Assembly: GCA_041744215.1 (NCBI GenBank)
Contig: JBGTLG010000039.1
Coordinates: 96,001 to 160,000, forward strand
Direction of reading: 5' to 3'
Origin: Fimbriimonadales bacterium
GTDB taxonomy: Bacteria; Armatimonadota; Fimbriimonadia; Fimbriimonadales; ATM1
Length of the DNA stretch: 64,000 nt
Part shown: positions 1 to 10,651 of the stretch, piece after piece
Numbering within the stretch: the first letter of the stretch is position 1
Layout of the letters: each line of letters opens with the position of its first letter
The notes under the pieces: generated by a model
What the model saw: the letters and a program-made list of their open reading frames with translations, nothing else
What the model was told of the DNA's origin: nothing
Databases searched by the model: none
Made by a program: the position numbers and the translations under genes

Positions 1-1905
1 TAGTTCGACTCGTTCAGGCACCCCGCTCAACGCCCAGCCAGTCGGCAGTGTCGCAGCAATCGATGCAATTGTGTTTTCGTCGCCATTTGTGATATGCACT
101 TCTATGGGCAACTCTTTGCCTGTCATTCTACGAGTGCCAACGGCTTCGATCTCGACTGCAACTGGATCCACCATCCGAACCACGAACGGTCGTTCGACGC
201 GAGTGCCATCCGGCAGCGCAGATGTCGCTCTCAAGATGTAAGTTCCCTTCGCATCGCGTCCTAAATCGAGTGAGCCACCAGCGCCCTGCGTGATTTGAAC
301 TCCACTCCAATCTGTGATTCTGATTTGCAGATCAGCGCTGGTGCTTGACACCTCTACCCGAGGCACGTCGCTTCGGCGAGTGTCACCTCCGCCTCTAACG
401 ACTATCAGAGTGCTCTGCGCACCAAGACGGAGAATGTTAACTTCGGCCGTTGAAGGGTTGTCGAGTTTCACATCCGCTACAACCACCAACTTTCCGCCAA
501 CACCCATGTAACCCAGGATCGACGCTTCGGCGGGGTCGCCTAAGTGTGCAAACACGAAGTCCGCTGCGTCGAACCGCACAAAAACGAGGTCACGATCTCC
601 GTAGCCGATTCTCGCGATCGCTTCGCGACCGAAGCTTAGCTGGTTGTTCAGGCTATGTTCGCCCGGGGAGATTGCGGTCAACATGACGCCACGTGTGGAG
701 CCCCCTATCGGTACAAACAGCAACTCGCTATCGCCGACCACAATCTCCATCGATGTCGCGCCGATGTGGCGCGACAAATCGGACGCTGTCAAAAACGGCA
801 GCTTTGCCCAAGGATCATCTGCGACGTCGGACCAAACTCGCACAGATCCATCCCACTTCTGCGAAACCTTCAGTACCTCTTCCCAGTTGGGCTCGTCTCG
901 ATTCGTGAGTTTCGCCCACATCCCTTGACTGACGTTGTAAGTCATGAAGTCACGGATCCACGCAAACCAGCCGGTGTAGCCGACGATATCTGTTTGAAAG
1001 CCGTGCGCCTCTGCGGAATGAAGGTTTGCTAACTGCGAACCCTCTTGCATTCCATACCCAAATTTGCTCCACGTGTTCTCGACCTGATGCAGCCACTCAT
1101 GAAGCAACGCCTCGGTATGGCCTATACGAGTGTCCTGTTCTCGCCCGTTAGTAAGAATCACATACGAGAGTGTCGCATTGTTTGAGCGACCTATCGTCCC
1201 CCCAAAGCTATAACTGTTTGTTAGTCCTGGCGGATAGAAGTAGATGATCGAATCGTAGTCGCCGTAGTTGAATCTGCCTCTCAAGTAGCTCTCTGCGGCA
1301 ACGAATGGATGGAAAGACCACGTCTGCGCGCCCTCGTAGTCCCCAAAGACGGGCTCCTCCTCCACGCCATAAGTTATCTCAACATCTACGGCGCCATCTG
1401 TAAACGCTTCGACAAGAGCTTCAAAGCGCACAAACGACTCTGCGACGAATCTTACATCTTGCAAACTAAGATAGCCGCGCTGCGGCACAAGGACACCGTC
1501 TGAGCGCTTATACAGTACATCGGTGCGCCGAAAAATCTGGGCCCGAACTTTCCATACACGCGATTCGCCTTGAGCAATTCGATCTTGCGCTCTTTCCCAC
1601 CTCTCTCGAAACTCATCCCAACCGCCTGTTGCTTGATAAATTCTGCCGATGTTGCCCCATTGATTGAGCTGTATCTTCTTCTCTTTCCACCGGATGTGAG
1701 GATCAAAATCCGTCGGGGTCGCGATCAGTTGCTTTGGGAAGCGGATCGGAACGCGCATCTCAGCGAACTTGCGACTGTCAGGATCCGTCTGTCCAAACGC
1801 TATCGTCTCTCCCAATCTGAACCAATTGGGATCGTCTTGCGACCACGTAAGAGGCTGCGCGATCACGATTGCTGCAACTGCGTTGAAAAGCATTATATTC
1901 ACCAT
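1..1905 (-). CDS. Large secreted putative zinc metalloprotease (HEXXH), truncated by the window edge
   Basis: Manual translation gives an open minus frame from ATG 1905 (or 1893) to position 1 with no stop (>630 aa). Hydrophobic N-terminus MVNIMLFNAVAAIVIAQP; motif EALLHEWLHQV near 1081-1113; beta-rich C-terminal part with LPTGW. Absent from the ORF track because it has no stop in the window. Confidence 0.8.
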   Translation of the reverse strand, partial: MVNIMLFNAVAAIVIAQPLTWSQDDPNWFRLGETIAFGQTDPDSRKFAEMRVPIRFPKQLIATPTDFDPHIRWKEKKIQLNQWGNIGRIYQATGGWDEFRERWERAQDRIAQGESRVWKVRAQIFRRTDVLYKRSDGVLVPQRGYLSLQDVRFVAESFVRFEALVEAFTDGAVDVEITYGVEEEPVFGDYEGAQTWSFHPFVAAESYLRGRFNYGDYDSIIYFYPPGLTNSYSFGGTIGRSNNATLSYVILTNGREQDTRIGHTEALLHEWLHQVENTWSKFGYGMQEGSQLANLHSAEAHGFQTDIVGYTGWFAWIRDFMTYNVSQGMWAKLTNRDEPNWEEVLKVSQKWDGSVRVWSDVADDPWAKLPFLTASDLSRHIGATSMEIVVGDSELLFVPIGGSTRGVMLTAISPGEHSLNNQLSFGREAIARIGYGDRDLVFVRFDAADFVFAHLGDPAEASILGYMGVGGKLVVVADVKLDNPSTAEVNILRLGAQSTLIVVRGGGDTRRSDVPRVEVSSTSADLQIRITDWSGVQITQGAGGSLDLGRDAKGTYILRATSALPDGTRVERPFVVRMVDPVAVEIEAVGTRRMTGKELPIEVHITNGDENTIASIAATLPTGWALSGVPERVEL

Positions 1906-2750
1906 TGGAATCGGGTTTCGAAGAGTCGAACATCTTCGTCTGTTGACGCATGGCCATCTCCACGACTGAACGATAGAGCTTCCGCTGAACCGAGTGACTC
2001 GAGGTCCATGGGAAACTTTGCGATCATATCAAGCACGACCTTTCGAATTCGAACTGCGTTCTCTTGGAACACATGCAATACCTCTTGCGCGCTCACTGGC
2101 TTCGTTCCAGAGTGAACGCCGCTGTCGAAGTCGGTGATCAGCGAGATGTTTACTACAGCCATCCCTAGCTCGCGACACAAGTAAGCCTCAGGGTACTGAG
2201 TCATGTTGATCACTTCCCATCCTTGTGCATTGAACCAGCGACTTTCAGACTTCGTGCTAAATCGAGGTCCTTGGATAACGACTACCGTTCCGGCCTCGTG
2301 CACGGAGATTCCGTGGTCTCGTATCACGTCAATCGCTATCCTTCGCAACGTCGGGTCGTACAGGTCAGCAGGGCTCAAATGCGTCACGATCGGCCCGTCA
2401 TAAAATGTGTCCGCGCGGCCCCGAGTTCGGTCAACAAACTGATCGCAGACGACAAAGTCGCCCGGTTTGACATGCGGCTGCAAACTTCCTGCCGCGCACG
2501 GGCTAACAACCGCTTTCACGCCGAGAGCCCGAAATGCCCACACATTTGCGCGGTAATTCAGCTTGTGTGGTGGAATGGTGTGAAGGCGTCCATGTCGCGG
2601 CAAGAATGCCACCTTCCGCCCGGACACTTCCGCGAGAAAGACAGAGTCACTTGGTGGGCCGTACGGCGTATCCACTTTCACCTCGCGCACATGCTCCAAA
2701 AGCGAGTAGAAGCCTGAGCCCCCGAAGATTCCGATTTCGGCTCGATCCAT
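1899..2750 (-). CDS. mtnP: S-methyl-5'-thioadenosine phosphorylase
   Basis: IGIFGGSGFY, TPYGPPSD, RHGRLH, QGPRFSTKSES and INMTQYPE motifs of the MTAP/PNP family; AGGAGG RBS upstream. Confidence 0.92.
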   Translation of the reverse strand: MDRAEIGIFGGSGFYSLLEHVREVKVDTPYGPPSDSVFLAEVSGRKVAFLPRHGRLHTIPPHKLNYRANVWAFRALGVKAVVSPCAAGSLQPHVKPGDFVVCDQFVDRTRGRADTFYDGPIVTHLSPADLYDPTLRRIAIDVIRDHGISVHEAGTVVVIQGPRFSTKSESRWFNAQGWEVINMTQYPEAYLCRELGMAVVNISLITDFDSGVHSGTKPVSAQEVLHVFQENAVRIRKVVLDMIAKFPMDLESLGSAEALSFSRGDGHASTDEDVRLFETRFQW

Positions 2751-2772
2751 ACTGTTTTGTTACCCTCCTTGG

Positions 2773-3624
2773 TTAGTTGCTCGATTGCGAAAACTCATTT
2801 CGCATCGTGTCATGCATCGATCCGATCAGATCCGCCACTCGCGCACCTGGCCGCAGCAGCAGGTTTGGATGCACCCGAAAGATTCGACCGTTCCGACCCG
2901 CATTAGTTGCAGCCCACCCAGCGTTGGACAGGTAGACGTTCGGGTCGTCTGAGACGAAGACCACATCTGGGTTCCAACTTGCGATCTGTTCGATGTTGAC
3001 AGTCTCAAATCGATTGCTTGCTGGCCCGACCGAAACAGCACCAGCCTTTCGAGCGACATCTCCTTGAAAAGAGTCTACTCCTGCCACCATCGGTTGACTG
3101 CCTCCCATCGCGATAAGCACGCTGGGTTGCGGGTCAAGTTTTCCCTTATGGAGTGAGGCTGTCAGCTTGTCAATCTCTTTACTCGCGGCTACTTGCTGGG
3201 ACAAAAGATTGCCCAAATCTACAACCACGTCACGCCACTCATCCACAGAATTGATATCTACGGGGCGAATCTCCAAGCCTGCCTCTTCCAGTTTCACGAT
3301 GGCTGGATCGTCACCCGAAAACAGGCTCGCGTCGAAGATCACGATATCGGGTTGCAGCGAAATGATGAGTTCAACGTTTGGGGTCGGATTGGCGACTATC
3401 GGCCGATCCCGAATAGTCTCTGGCGCATCGCACGCCGCTGTCCTACCCACAATCTTGGTCTCCAAACCGAGGAGGGCAATGATCTCGGTGGTGCTCGGAC
3501 TTAGCGAGACGATCCGCCCATACAGCTTCTCTGGGAGCTCTCCTCCTACCTGGATCGGCTCCTTTCCACAGCCTCCCAAAAGGAGTCCAACTGACAAGAT
3601 TACGAGGACGAAGCGGCCAAGCAT
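2773..3624 (-). CDS. Helical-backbone metal/cobalamin ABC substrate-binding lipoprotein (BtuF-like)
   Basis: Lipobox LLLGGC; RIVSLSPSTTEII, PNVELIISLQPDIV and WNPDVV motifs. Start placed at ATG 3624 rather than the ORF-track start at 3990. Confidence 0.8.
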   Translation of the reverse strand: MLGRFVLVILSVGLLLGGCGKEPIQVGGELPEKLYGRIVSLSPSTTEIIALLGLETKIVGRTAACDAPETIRDRPIVANPTPNVELIISLQPDIVIFDASLFSGDDPAIVKLEEAGLEIRPVDINSVDEWRDVVVDLGNLLSQQVAASKEIDKLTASLHKGKLDPQPSVLIAMGGSQPMVAGVDSFQGDVARKAGAVSVGPASNRFETVNIEQIASWNPDVVFVSDDPNVYLSNAGWAATNAGRNGRIFRVHPNLLLRPGARVADLIGSMHDTMRNEFSQSSN

Positions 3625-3700
3625 AAGTGCTATTCTACACGTACGCACCGGCGTCAGCGCGAACCTTTTTCGGGTGCCGTCGGTCACACAGAGGTTACCT

Positions 3701-4597
3701 ATGAAAAACAAAGGATTTTTCACCTTAGCAAGCCTTACATATACGCTGACGAGTTCGGCACTGGCTGCAGACATCAACGGGACCATTATCTTCTCCACCG
3801 ATATCGGTAAGTCTGCATCCATCGTTCTGCTCGACGCCGCCAACACAAAACACGAGGCGAAGCTCGCGCAGGAGGGCGGTTTCGCCTTCAATCGGGTGGC
3901 CGTTGGCGACTCGTCCATCACCATAAAGGTAGGGCGACAGGTGTTTGAGATTCCTCGAATGTGGATTGACGAAGGCACGAACGAGATCACGCTTTACTAC
4001 CCGACCGACATGACCCCAGACGTCCGGGCGGCCGGGGCAGAGGCGGGCCACCGGAGGGGGTCGCAACTCCTACAGGCAGGCGAGTACGCGGAGGCGATCT
4101 CACAGCTCACATTGGCACTTACTCACGATACCGCTCAGTCGCCGACTTGGGGCTCCATGGCGCTCTGTTATGTTGGCCTCGGCAGGCTCGAAGATGCTGT
4201 TTTTTGCGGCAAGATGGCCATCAGGTTCGACCCTACGGAGTCCAGCTACTGGAACAATCTAGGTAGCACCTACTATCGAATGCGTCGATTCTCCGAGGCT
4301 GTCACTCTGTACGAACGCGCGGCCGATCTGAACCCCGCGGGCTCCGGCCTTTACTATTCGAACGCAGGCGCGGCGCACTTTGCCATGGACAACACAGCCG
4401 CGGCGATCTCCGCTTATGAAAAGGCCGTCAAAGCGGAAGGTTGTCCGCCCGGTAGCTGGTTCCACCTCGGGTCCCTGCTCGCGCGGACTGGCGAGAATGC
4501 CCCTGCCGCGAGCGCGCTCAGGGAGTATCTGAGCCGCCAGCCAACCGGGCAGTACGCTGAAAGCGCGAAGCGAATGCTCCAGGGAGTCTCGGGCTAG
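3701..4597 (+). CDS. Secreted tetratricopeptide-repeat protein
   Basis: Signal peptide MKNKGFFTLASL...ALA after a GAGG RBS; several TPR-like repeats (YWNNLGSTY...A...YERAADLNP). Confidence 0.8.
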   Translation: MKNKGFFTLASLTYTLTSSALAADINGTIIFSTDIGKSASIVLLDAANTKHEAKLAQEGGFAFNRVAVGDSSITIKVGRQVFEIPRMWIDEGTNEITLYYPTDMTPDVRAAGAEAGHRRGSQLLQAGEYAEAISQLTLALTHDTAQSPTWGSMALCYVGLGRLEDAVFCGKMAIRFDPTESSYWNNLGSTYYRMRRFSEAVTLYERAADLNPAGSGLYYSNAGAAHFAMDNTAAAISAYEKAVKAEGCPPGSWFHLGSLLARTGENAPAASALREYLSRQPTGQYAESAKRMLQGVSG

Positions 4598-4866
4598 TCG
4601 CCGCAAACCGGGCCGCACGACTCGCATGCGCCTGGATCCCCAGAGCAGCCGGCCTGGGCGCCCTCTGAAGCTCTGGGTTCTGATGCTGAGTAATCGTTCA
4701 CGTGGAATCCGGACCCCCGGAACATGACCGCAACGGGCTGAATCAGCCTCTTTAAGCTGGACTTACCTTCACAATTCGGGCAGTCTTGAAGCGGATCCTC
4801 AACGATTCGCTGTTCGATTTCGAACACGCGATCGCAGGACGAGCACTCGTAGGAATAGGTCGGCAT
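4594..4866 (-). CDS. FmdB-family zinc-ribbon protein
   Basis: MPTYSYECSSC...CPNC...FRGSGFHVNDY family pattern, with a Cys-rich tail. Confidence 0.85.
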   Translation of the reverse strand: MPTYSYECSSCDRVFEIEQRIVEDPLQDCPNCEGKSSLKRLIQPVAVMFRGSGFHVNDYSASEPRASEGAQAGCSGDPGACESCGPVCGD

Positions 4867-5026
4867 GGAAGTCTCTCTGTGCTTAGAATTATGCCGCTCT
4901 TGTCAAGCCCGTCCTGGATTGCTCTTCCTCGAGGGAGCGCCCGCACCAGCCCCATCTCTCGCCCCGAACAAAACAATGCAGGACTTCGCCGTAATCCCGC
5001 AGAATAGTCACCAGAGAACTGGAAGT

Positions 5027-5509
5027 ATGAGATACCTCGCCCTAATCGCTATCGCCCTCTCCTGCGCCCTAGTCGCTTGCCAAAGCCCCAAGCCAGAAAA
5101 GCGGGTTCCTGCCGGACAGCAAGTGCGCCAGGACCCCATCACAGACCAAGGTGTAGACGCCACTAAATCGAGGCTCGTCACCGCTGCAAACATTGTCCTC
5201 AAGTACGCCGAGAAGCACGGGACGTTCCCTGTGGGTACAGACAGCCTGAAACTCCGCGACACATTGCGCCCCGAGTTCGGTAACGAACCAGGGTTCGAAG
5301 AGCTTTGGGTCAGCCACAACGGCAAAGCGCTCGTCCTTTACAACCAGAACCTTCCGGGCAAGTCCCTGCCGCAGGTCGGCAACCTCGACTCGACCTGGCT
5401 CCTAAAGGACCCTGTCGGGTTTCCAGCTGTCGGGCATGTGACCACCTACTGCAGCGGACGTGTCGACACGGTAATGGAGCGACCAGCCGCTTCTGGCCAA
5501 ATGGGCTGA
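5027..5509 (+). CDS. Hypothetical lipoprotein
   Basis: MRYLALIAIALSCALVAC signal and lipobox; coherent 160-aa frame. Confidence 0.65.
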   Translation: MRYLALIAIALSCALVACQSPKPEKRVPAGQQVRQDPITDQGVDATKSRLVTAANIVLKYAEKHGTFPVGTDSLKLRDTLRPEFGNEPGFEELWVSHNGKALVLYNQNLPGKSLPQVGNLDSTWLLKDPVGFPAVGHVTTYCSGRVDTVMERPAASGQMG

Positions 5510-5572
5510 GGCCGGTTCCGGCTCACAATTCCAGTGGCGCCACCGTTGGGTCGCGAGGACGCAATTCGCTTC

Positions 5573-6649
5573 ATGCATAAACTGAAGATTGGAATCATCG
5601 GTGCCGGAGGCATCGCTCAAGGTTGCCATATGCCTGGATACGCATCGATGCCAGATCGATGCCAGATCGTCGCAGTCGCTGACATCGACCAAGCTGCTGC
5701 TAAACAAGCTTCAGAGAAGTTCGAAGTTCCCCAGGTGTTCAGCAACTATCGAGACTTGCTCGCGATTCCCGAGATAGACGCTGTCAGCATTACCACGCCA
5801 AACGCGCTCCACGCACGGCCAACTGTTGACGCATTGGAAGCAGGCAAGCATGTGCTTTGCGAGAAACCGATGGCGATGAACGCTACCGAGTGTCGAGACA
5901 TGATCCGTGCCCAGCGTGCCAGCGGAAAGTTACTCCAGATTGCGCTCCAGTGGCGATTCTCAGGTATCGCACAGTTCATGAAAAGATACATTGACTCTGG
6001 GGCGATGGGCAACATTTACTATGCGCGCGCGCAAGCGCTAAGGCGTCGAGGCGTGCCAGGTTGGGGAGTTTTCATCGACAAAGAGAAACAAGGGGGAGGA
6101 CCGCTCATTGACATTGGAGTTCACATCCTTGACTTCACCCTGTTTCTGATGGGCTACCCGAAGCCGGTTAGCGTCAGCGGCAGCGCGTATCAGGCGATGG
6201 GCCGGAACCCAAAGTACTGGAATGCTTGGGGCGATTACGATCGCAGCAGTTTTACGGTGGAGGACTTTGCCGTCGGCCAGATTCGGTTTGAAAATGGCGC
6301 AACTGTTACTCTTGAATCCAGCTTTATGGCGAACATCGAAAGGGAGACTTGGACGAGCCAGCTCTTGGGCGACGAATCTGGCGCAATGATTGACTTATCC
6401 GGTGGGAACGCAAAGCCGATTACGATTTTTACCGAGCGAGAACAGCAACTCTTTGACATGTCACCTGCCAACATCCCACAGGTGAAATCTATGCATACGG
6501 CAGAAGTCGTCGCGTTTGTAGACGCCATACTTGAGAGTAAGCCATCTCCGGTGCCTGGAGAGGAAGGTCTAATCCTGAATGCAATCTTCGATGCATTGTA
6601 CAAGAGCTCCGAGACCGGCAAGGAGGAACTCGTCGACGTCTCCATGTAG
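5573..6649 (+). CDS. Gfo/Idh/MocA family oxidoreductase
   Basis: IGIIGAGGIA Rossmann motif, GKHVLCEKP, GGGPLIDIGVH. Confidence 0.92.
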   Translation: MHKLKIGIIGAGGIAQGCHMPGYASMPDRCQIVAVADIDQAAAKQASEKFEVPQVFSNYRDLLAIPEIDAVSITTPNALHARPTVDALEAGKHVLCEKPMAMNATECRDMIRAQRASGKLLQIALQWRFSGIAQFMKRYIDSGAMGNIYYARAQALRRRGVPGWGVFIDKEKQGGGPLIDIGVHILDFTLFLMGYPKPVSVSGSAYQAMGRNPKYWNAWGDYDRSSFTVEDFAVGQIRFENGATVTLESSFMANIERETWTSQLLGDESGAMIDLSGGNAKPITIFTEREQQLFDMSPANIPQVKSMHTAEVVAFVDAILESKPSPVPGEEGLILNAIFDALYKSSETGKEELVDVSM

Positions 6650-6672
6650 CGGGATCAGCATCAGGTATTGAT

Positions 6673-7971
6673 ATGGAAAGTGACAGTTGGCGCTGGGGCG
6701 CAATCGGGTTTCTAATACTCTTCAATGCGTTTTTTGTGGCGTCGGAATACGCCCTTGTGGGCGCACGAAGGAGCCGGCTGAATGCGTTGCACTCACGCGG
6801 CAACAAAGCCGCAGGCGCGGCTGTCCACGCCCTCGACAGACTCCCTCATTACATCGCAGGGATCCAACTGGCCATCACGATGGCAGGCATTGGTCTCGGT
6901 GCGATCGGCGAGGGATTTTTAGCGCAGAAGCTCAGTCCCTACTTCGCTGGTGTTGGCCTACACTTAGTCGCTTCTGCAATCGCCTTCCTCGCCGTCACGT
7001 TTTTGCTCGTAGTCCTTGGAGAACTCGTCCCTAAATACATCATCATACGGGACCCAGACCGTGCTCTCATCGGGCTCATTTACCCCCTCAACAGCTCGCT
7101 CATGGTCATGCGTCCACTGACGTTGCTTCTTGAACTCGCAGGTTTTCTGGTCCTTCGACCATTCGGTATTGACATCCGCAAACACAGCCCAGACATCATT
7201 GCAAAAGAAGAGTTCGCAGCACTTGTTCGTGAGAGCCAATCCGCAGGAGAGTTTGCAGAGGCGCACGCAAGAGTCGTAACAAAAGCGCTGCGGCTTGCAG
7301 ACCTGCAAGCGGATGACGTGATGATTCCACGGGTCGATATCGCGGCCGTTGACGCAGATACCGCAGTCGATCAGCTCGCCGCAACCCTAAGTTCCATTCC
7401 TCACGGCAGGCTTGTCGTTGTTGAAGGTGGGAACATTGATGAGATTTTAGGGATCCTGTACCTTCAGGATGCGATGAGGTGTATCTCTGGAGAGGCCAAG
7501 AACATCAGGTCGGTTGTTCGACCGGCTGTTTTCATACCCCCTAACGTGTCGTTGGAGCGAATCATCGACATCATGAGGGCAAAGGCGACTCAGATAATCA
7601 TCGTGAGGGACGAGCATGGAGGAACGGAAGGTTTGTTGACACTTGAGGACATAGTTGAGGAGATTTTTGGAGAACTCGATGACCAGTTGGAGCGAGCACA
7701 GCCGCGAATTGAGCGTCGCGCAGGAGGTCGCATCGTTATGCGCGGAGACGTTCGAACAGACGAACTAGCCGACTTCTTAGGCCTTGATGAAAATCCCTTT
7801 GAGCGTGAGACGATCGCAACGATCGTGCTTGAAGTGCTTGACCGAACACCCAAGCTGGGTGACACGATTGACACCCCAATCGGCCGCCTACGCGTTGACA
7901 ACATGGCTCGTTCGAGAGTGACAAGGGTGAGTCTGCTAGCGAACTTTGACTCGAACAGCTCTAATACGTAG
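6673..7971 (+). CDS. HlyC/CorC family (CNNM/DUF21 + CBS + CorC) transporter
   Basis: NAFFVASEYALV, GELVPK, VMIPR and DEHGGTEGLLTLEDIVEEIFGE motifs. Confidence 0.9.
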   Translation: MESDSWRWGAIGFLILFNAFFVASEYALVGARRSRLNALHSRGNKAAGAAVHALDRLPHYIAGIQLAITMAGIGLGAIGEGFLAQKLSPYFAGVGLHLVASAIAFLAVTFLLVVLGELVPKYIIIRDPDRALIGLIYPLNSSLMVMRPLTLLLELAGFLVLRPFGIDIRKHSPDIIAKEEFAALVRESQSAGEFAEAHARVVTKALRLADLQADDVMIPRVDIAAVDADTAVDQLAATLSSIPHGRLVVVEGGNIDEILGILYLQDAMRCISGEAKNIRSVVRPAVFIPPNVSLERIIDIMRAKATQIIIVRDEHGGTEGLLTLEDIVEEIFGELDDQLERAQPRIERRAGGRIVMRGDVRTDELADFLGLDENPFERETIATIVLEVLDRTPKLGDTIDTPIGRLRVDNMARSRVTRVSLLANFDSNSSNT

Positions 7972-8632
7972 CCCGGCTAAAGCGAACGAGGTTGCCTGTC
8001 CGAAGAAACTCGATCCTCTCAGCAATCGCAACGACGTGATCGCTCGCATACTCGAGGTGATGACAAGCTTGGATAAGCTTGAACCCCGTATCCAGAAACT
8101 CTGGGTCCGTCCGAATGTGATCTTTCAGGCGACGCCTGATCTGCTTCCATATTGCATCGACTTCGGTATCCGCGGCGATGACAGAATCAAGCCGCTCCAA
8201 GTCGTCGCGCGTAAAGGCATCGAGCATGTTCATGAGCATCGAACGGGATTTCTCGCTCAGCTCTAGCAGATCCTGGCGATACTCCCGTGGAAATGCTTCA
8301 GGCAGAGAGATGGCCTTCTTCGCGATGCTGACTGCATCGTCGCCGATACGCTCCAACTCACCTGAGATCGACATAACGGCGGCGATCAGCCGAATGTCAT
8401 TTGCTACAGGTGAGTCGCGGGCAATAATCACCATGCATGTGGATTGGATTTCAAGTTCGAGCCGATCGAGCACGTCATCAGAATCGATAACCTCACGAGC
8501 CAAAGCTTCGTCCTGGTCAACCACCGCGGTCACTGCGTCGCCGAGCATACGTTCGGCGCGTGAACCCATCTCAACGATCATCGCCTTTAGGTCAGCGAGG
8601 TTGGCTTCAAAGGTTTTCCTGGATGTTTGCAT
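7961..8632 (-). CDS. phoU: Phosphate signalling protein PhoU
   Basis: Two PhoU repeats (D..D.LE..I; ELERIGDDA; LEYASDHVVAIAE). Start at ATG 8632. Confidence 0.88.
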   Translation of the reverse strand: MQTSRKTFEANLADLKAMIVEMGSRAERMLGDAVTAVVDQDEALAREVIDSDDVLDRLELEIQSTCMVIIARDSPVANDIRLIAAVMSISGELERIGDDAVSIAKKAISLPEAFPREYRQDLLELSEKSRSMLMNMLDAFTRDDLERLDSVIAADTEVDAIWKQIRRRLKDHIRTDPEFLDTGFKLIQACHHLEYASDHVVAIAERIEFLRTGNLVRFSRATY

Positions 8633-8681
8633 GGTTTCCACGTCACTTAAGACGCAGGCCCAATGAATAAAGTGCCCGGGC

Positions 8682-9962
8682 CTAACTGGCCTGCCGTTCT
8701 TCGGCAGGAATGATTGTCGGTTCGAGCCCCTTTGACAGGATCTCGCCAGGAACAACCACGCGTTCGATGCGCTCGCTGCGACTAGGAACCTCGAACATCA
8801 CATCCATCATGATTCCTTCAATGATTCCTCGAAGCGCGCGGGCTCCGGTGCCACGTTTTAGCGCTTCGTGCGCGATCTCGTTGAGCGCGCCAGCTTCGAA
8901 CTCAAGTTCGACTCCGTCCATAGCAAACAGCTTTTGGAACTGCTTGATGAGAGAGTTTCGCGGCTCGGTAAGAATCCTGACAAGCGTCTCTTCATCGAGA
9001 GCCTCCAACGTTGCGACGACTGGCAGCCGTCCGATGAACTCTGGGATCAAACCAAAGCGCAAGAGATCTTCCGGCAAGACTTCGCGAAGAATATCCTTTT
9101 TACGATCCTTCTTCGATTGCGGCTTCGTACGGAATCCCATCTGGACATCGCGCTGACGCCGCATGATGATTTCATCCAGCCCTTCGAATGCACCACCGCA
9201 GATGAACAAAATATTGCTTGTATCAAGTTGAATGTATTCCTGGTGCGGATGCTTGCGCCCTCCGCCGGGCGGCACGTTTGCGACGGTACCTTCTAAAATC
9301 TTCAAAAGCGCCTGCTGCACGCCTTCACCGCTCACGTCCCGTGTGATGCTCGGATTATCCGACTTGCGAGCTATCTTATCAATCTCATCGACATAAATGA
9401 TGCCGCGCTGCGCTGCCTGCAAAGGATTGCTTCCAAACTCACCAGAATCGGCAGCCTGATACAGCTTAAGCAAGATGTTTTCCACATCTTCGCCAACATA
9501 TCCTGCCTCTGTCAAACTTGTCGCGTCCGCAATCGCAAACGGAACATTGAGGATTCTCGCAAGGGTCTGCGCCAACAGCGTTTTGCCGCTGCCCGTTGGC
9601 CCCACCAGCAAAATGTTGCTCTTTTGCAGGTCAACGTCATCTGTACGATGCGCAGAGTTAACGCGCTTGTAGTGATTGTAAACGGCAACGCTGAGGGCGC
9701 GCTTCGCCGCCTCTTGTCCCACAACATACTGTTCCAGATAGCCAACTATCTCTTTTGGAGTCGGGATCGCATTGGAACTGGGCTTCTCTGTCGCGCGGAC
9801 TACTGGCTCATCCGGTGCACCACCGCGCAGAATCTCTGTGCAGAGATCGATGCACTCTTGACACACTCCACCGTAAAGGCCCACGATCAGCCTCTTAACC
9901 TGCGCTTTCGGTTTCCCGCACAGCGCACATTTATCGCGAAGTTCCATTCCGGTTCTGCTCAT
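8682..9962 (-). CDS. clpX: ATP-dependent Clp protease ATP-binding subunit ClpX
   Basis: C4 zinc finger, [33 protein letters not shown]. Confidence 0.98.
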   Translation of the reverse strand: MSRTGMELRDKCALCGKPKAQVKRLIVGLYGGVCQECIDLCTEILRGGAPDEPVVRATEKPSSNAIPTPKEIVGYLEQYVVGQEAAKRALSVAVYNHYKRVNSAHRTDDVDLQKSNILLVGPTGSGKTLLAQTLARILNVPFAIADATSLTEAGYVGEDVENILLKLYQAADSGEFGSNPLQAAQRGIIYVDEIDKIARKSDNPSITRDVSGEGVQQALLKILEGTVANVPPGGGRKHPHQEYIQLDTSNILFICGGAFEGLDEIIMRRQRDVQMGFRTKPQSKKDRKKDILREVLPEDLLRFGLIPEFIGRLPVVATLEALDEETLVRILTEPRNSLIKQFQKLFAMDGVELEFEAGALNEIAHEALKRGTGARALRGIIEGIMMDVMFEVPSRSERIERVVVPGEILSKGLEPTIIPAEERQAS

Positions 9963-9964
9963 GT

Positions 9965-10579
9965 CTACTTCGATTTCTCTGGTTTGTCTGACTTTTCTGA
10001 TCGTGGACTTGCCAAAACACTATCCACCAACCCGTACTCTTTTGCCTGCTCTGCGCTCATGAAGTAGTCGCGCTCGCAGTCTTGCGTTACTTTCTCGATC
10101 GGCTTGCCAGTGTGCTTCGCCAAGATCTTGTTTAAAGTCTGCTTGTACCGAAGAATCTCCTCTGCTTGTATCTGAATGTCCGTACCTGTGCCTTGGAAGC
10201 CTGCGCTTACCTGGTGAATCATCACCCTGGAATGCTCCAAACAAAAACGCTTCCCGGCAGTTCCGCCAGCCAGCAGCAGCGCACCCATGCTCGCCGCTTG
10301 ACCTACGCATGTCGTCGCAACATCGCAAGTGATGAACTGCATCGTGTCATAGATCGCCAGGCCGGAGCTCACAGACCCACCTGGCGAGTTTATGTACAGC
10401 TCGACGTCCTTATCGGGATCTTCTTTCCAGAGATACAAGATCTGTGCCACGATCAGGTTCGCGTAGTAATCGTCGACGGGCGTACCCAAAAAAACGATTC
10501 GGTCCTTCAAGAGCCTCGAAAAGAGATCGTACGACCTCTCGCCGCGCGCCGTTTGTTCGATTACCCAAGGTACTCCCAT
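9965..10579 (-). CDS. clpP: ATP-dependent Clp protease proteolytic subunit
   Basis: [21 protein letters not shown]. Confidence 0.98.
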   Translation of the reverse strand: MGVPWVIEQTARGERSYDLFSRLLKDRIVFLGTPVDDYYANLIVAQILYLWKEDPDKDVELYINSPGGSVSSGLAIYDTMQFITCDVATTCVGQAASMGALLLAGGTAGKRFCLEHSRVMIHQVSAGFQGTGTDIQIQAEEILRYKQTLNKILAKHTGKPIEKVTQDCERDYFMSAEQAKEYGLVDSVLASPRSEKSDKPEKSK

Positions 10580-10651
10580 TCACACTTCCTTTATTTGACC
10601 GTCAGAGGCAAGTCTATTATCGGCGGGACATGCCCGCTTCTTTCGGGCTGG

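Noticed and set aside
128-1900. Cluster of short ORFs suggesting non-coding or decayed DNA
   Set aside because: Explained by a single long minus-strand CDS running off the window edge.
3167-3990. Apparent long overlap of the 405-aa minus ORF and the 476-aa plus ORF
   Set aside because: Both are over-extended; signal peptides place the starts at 3624 and 3701, leaving a normal divergent gap.
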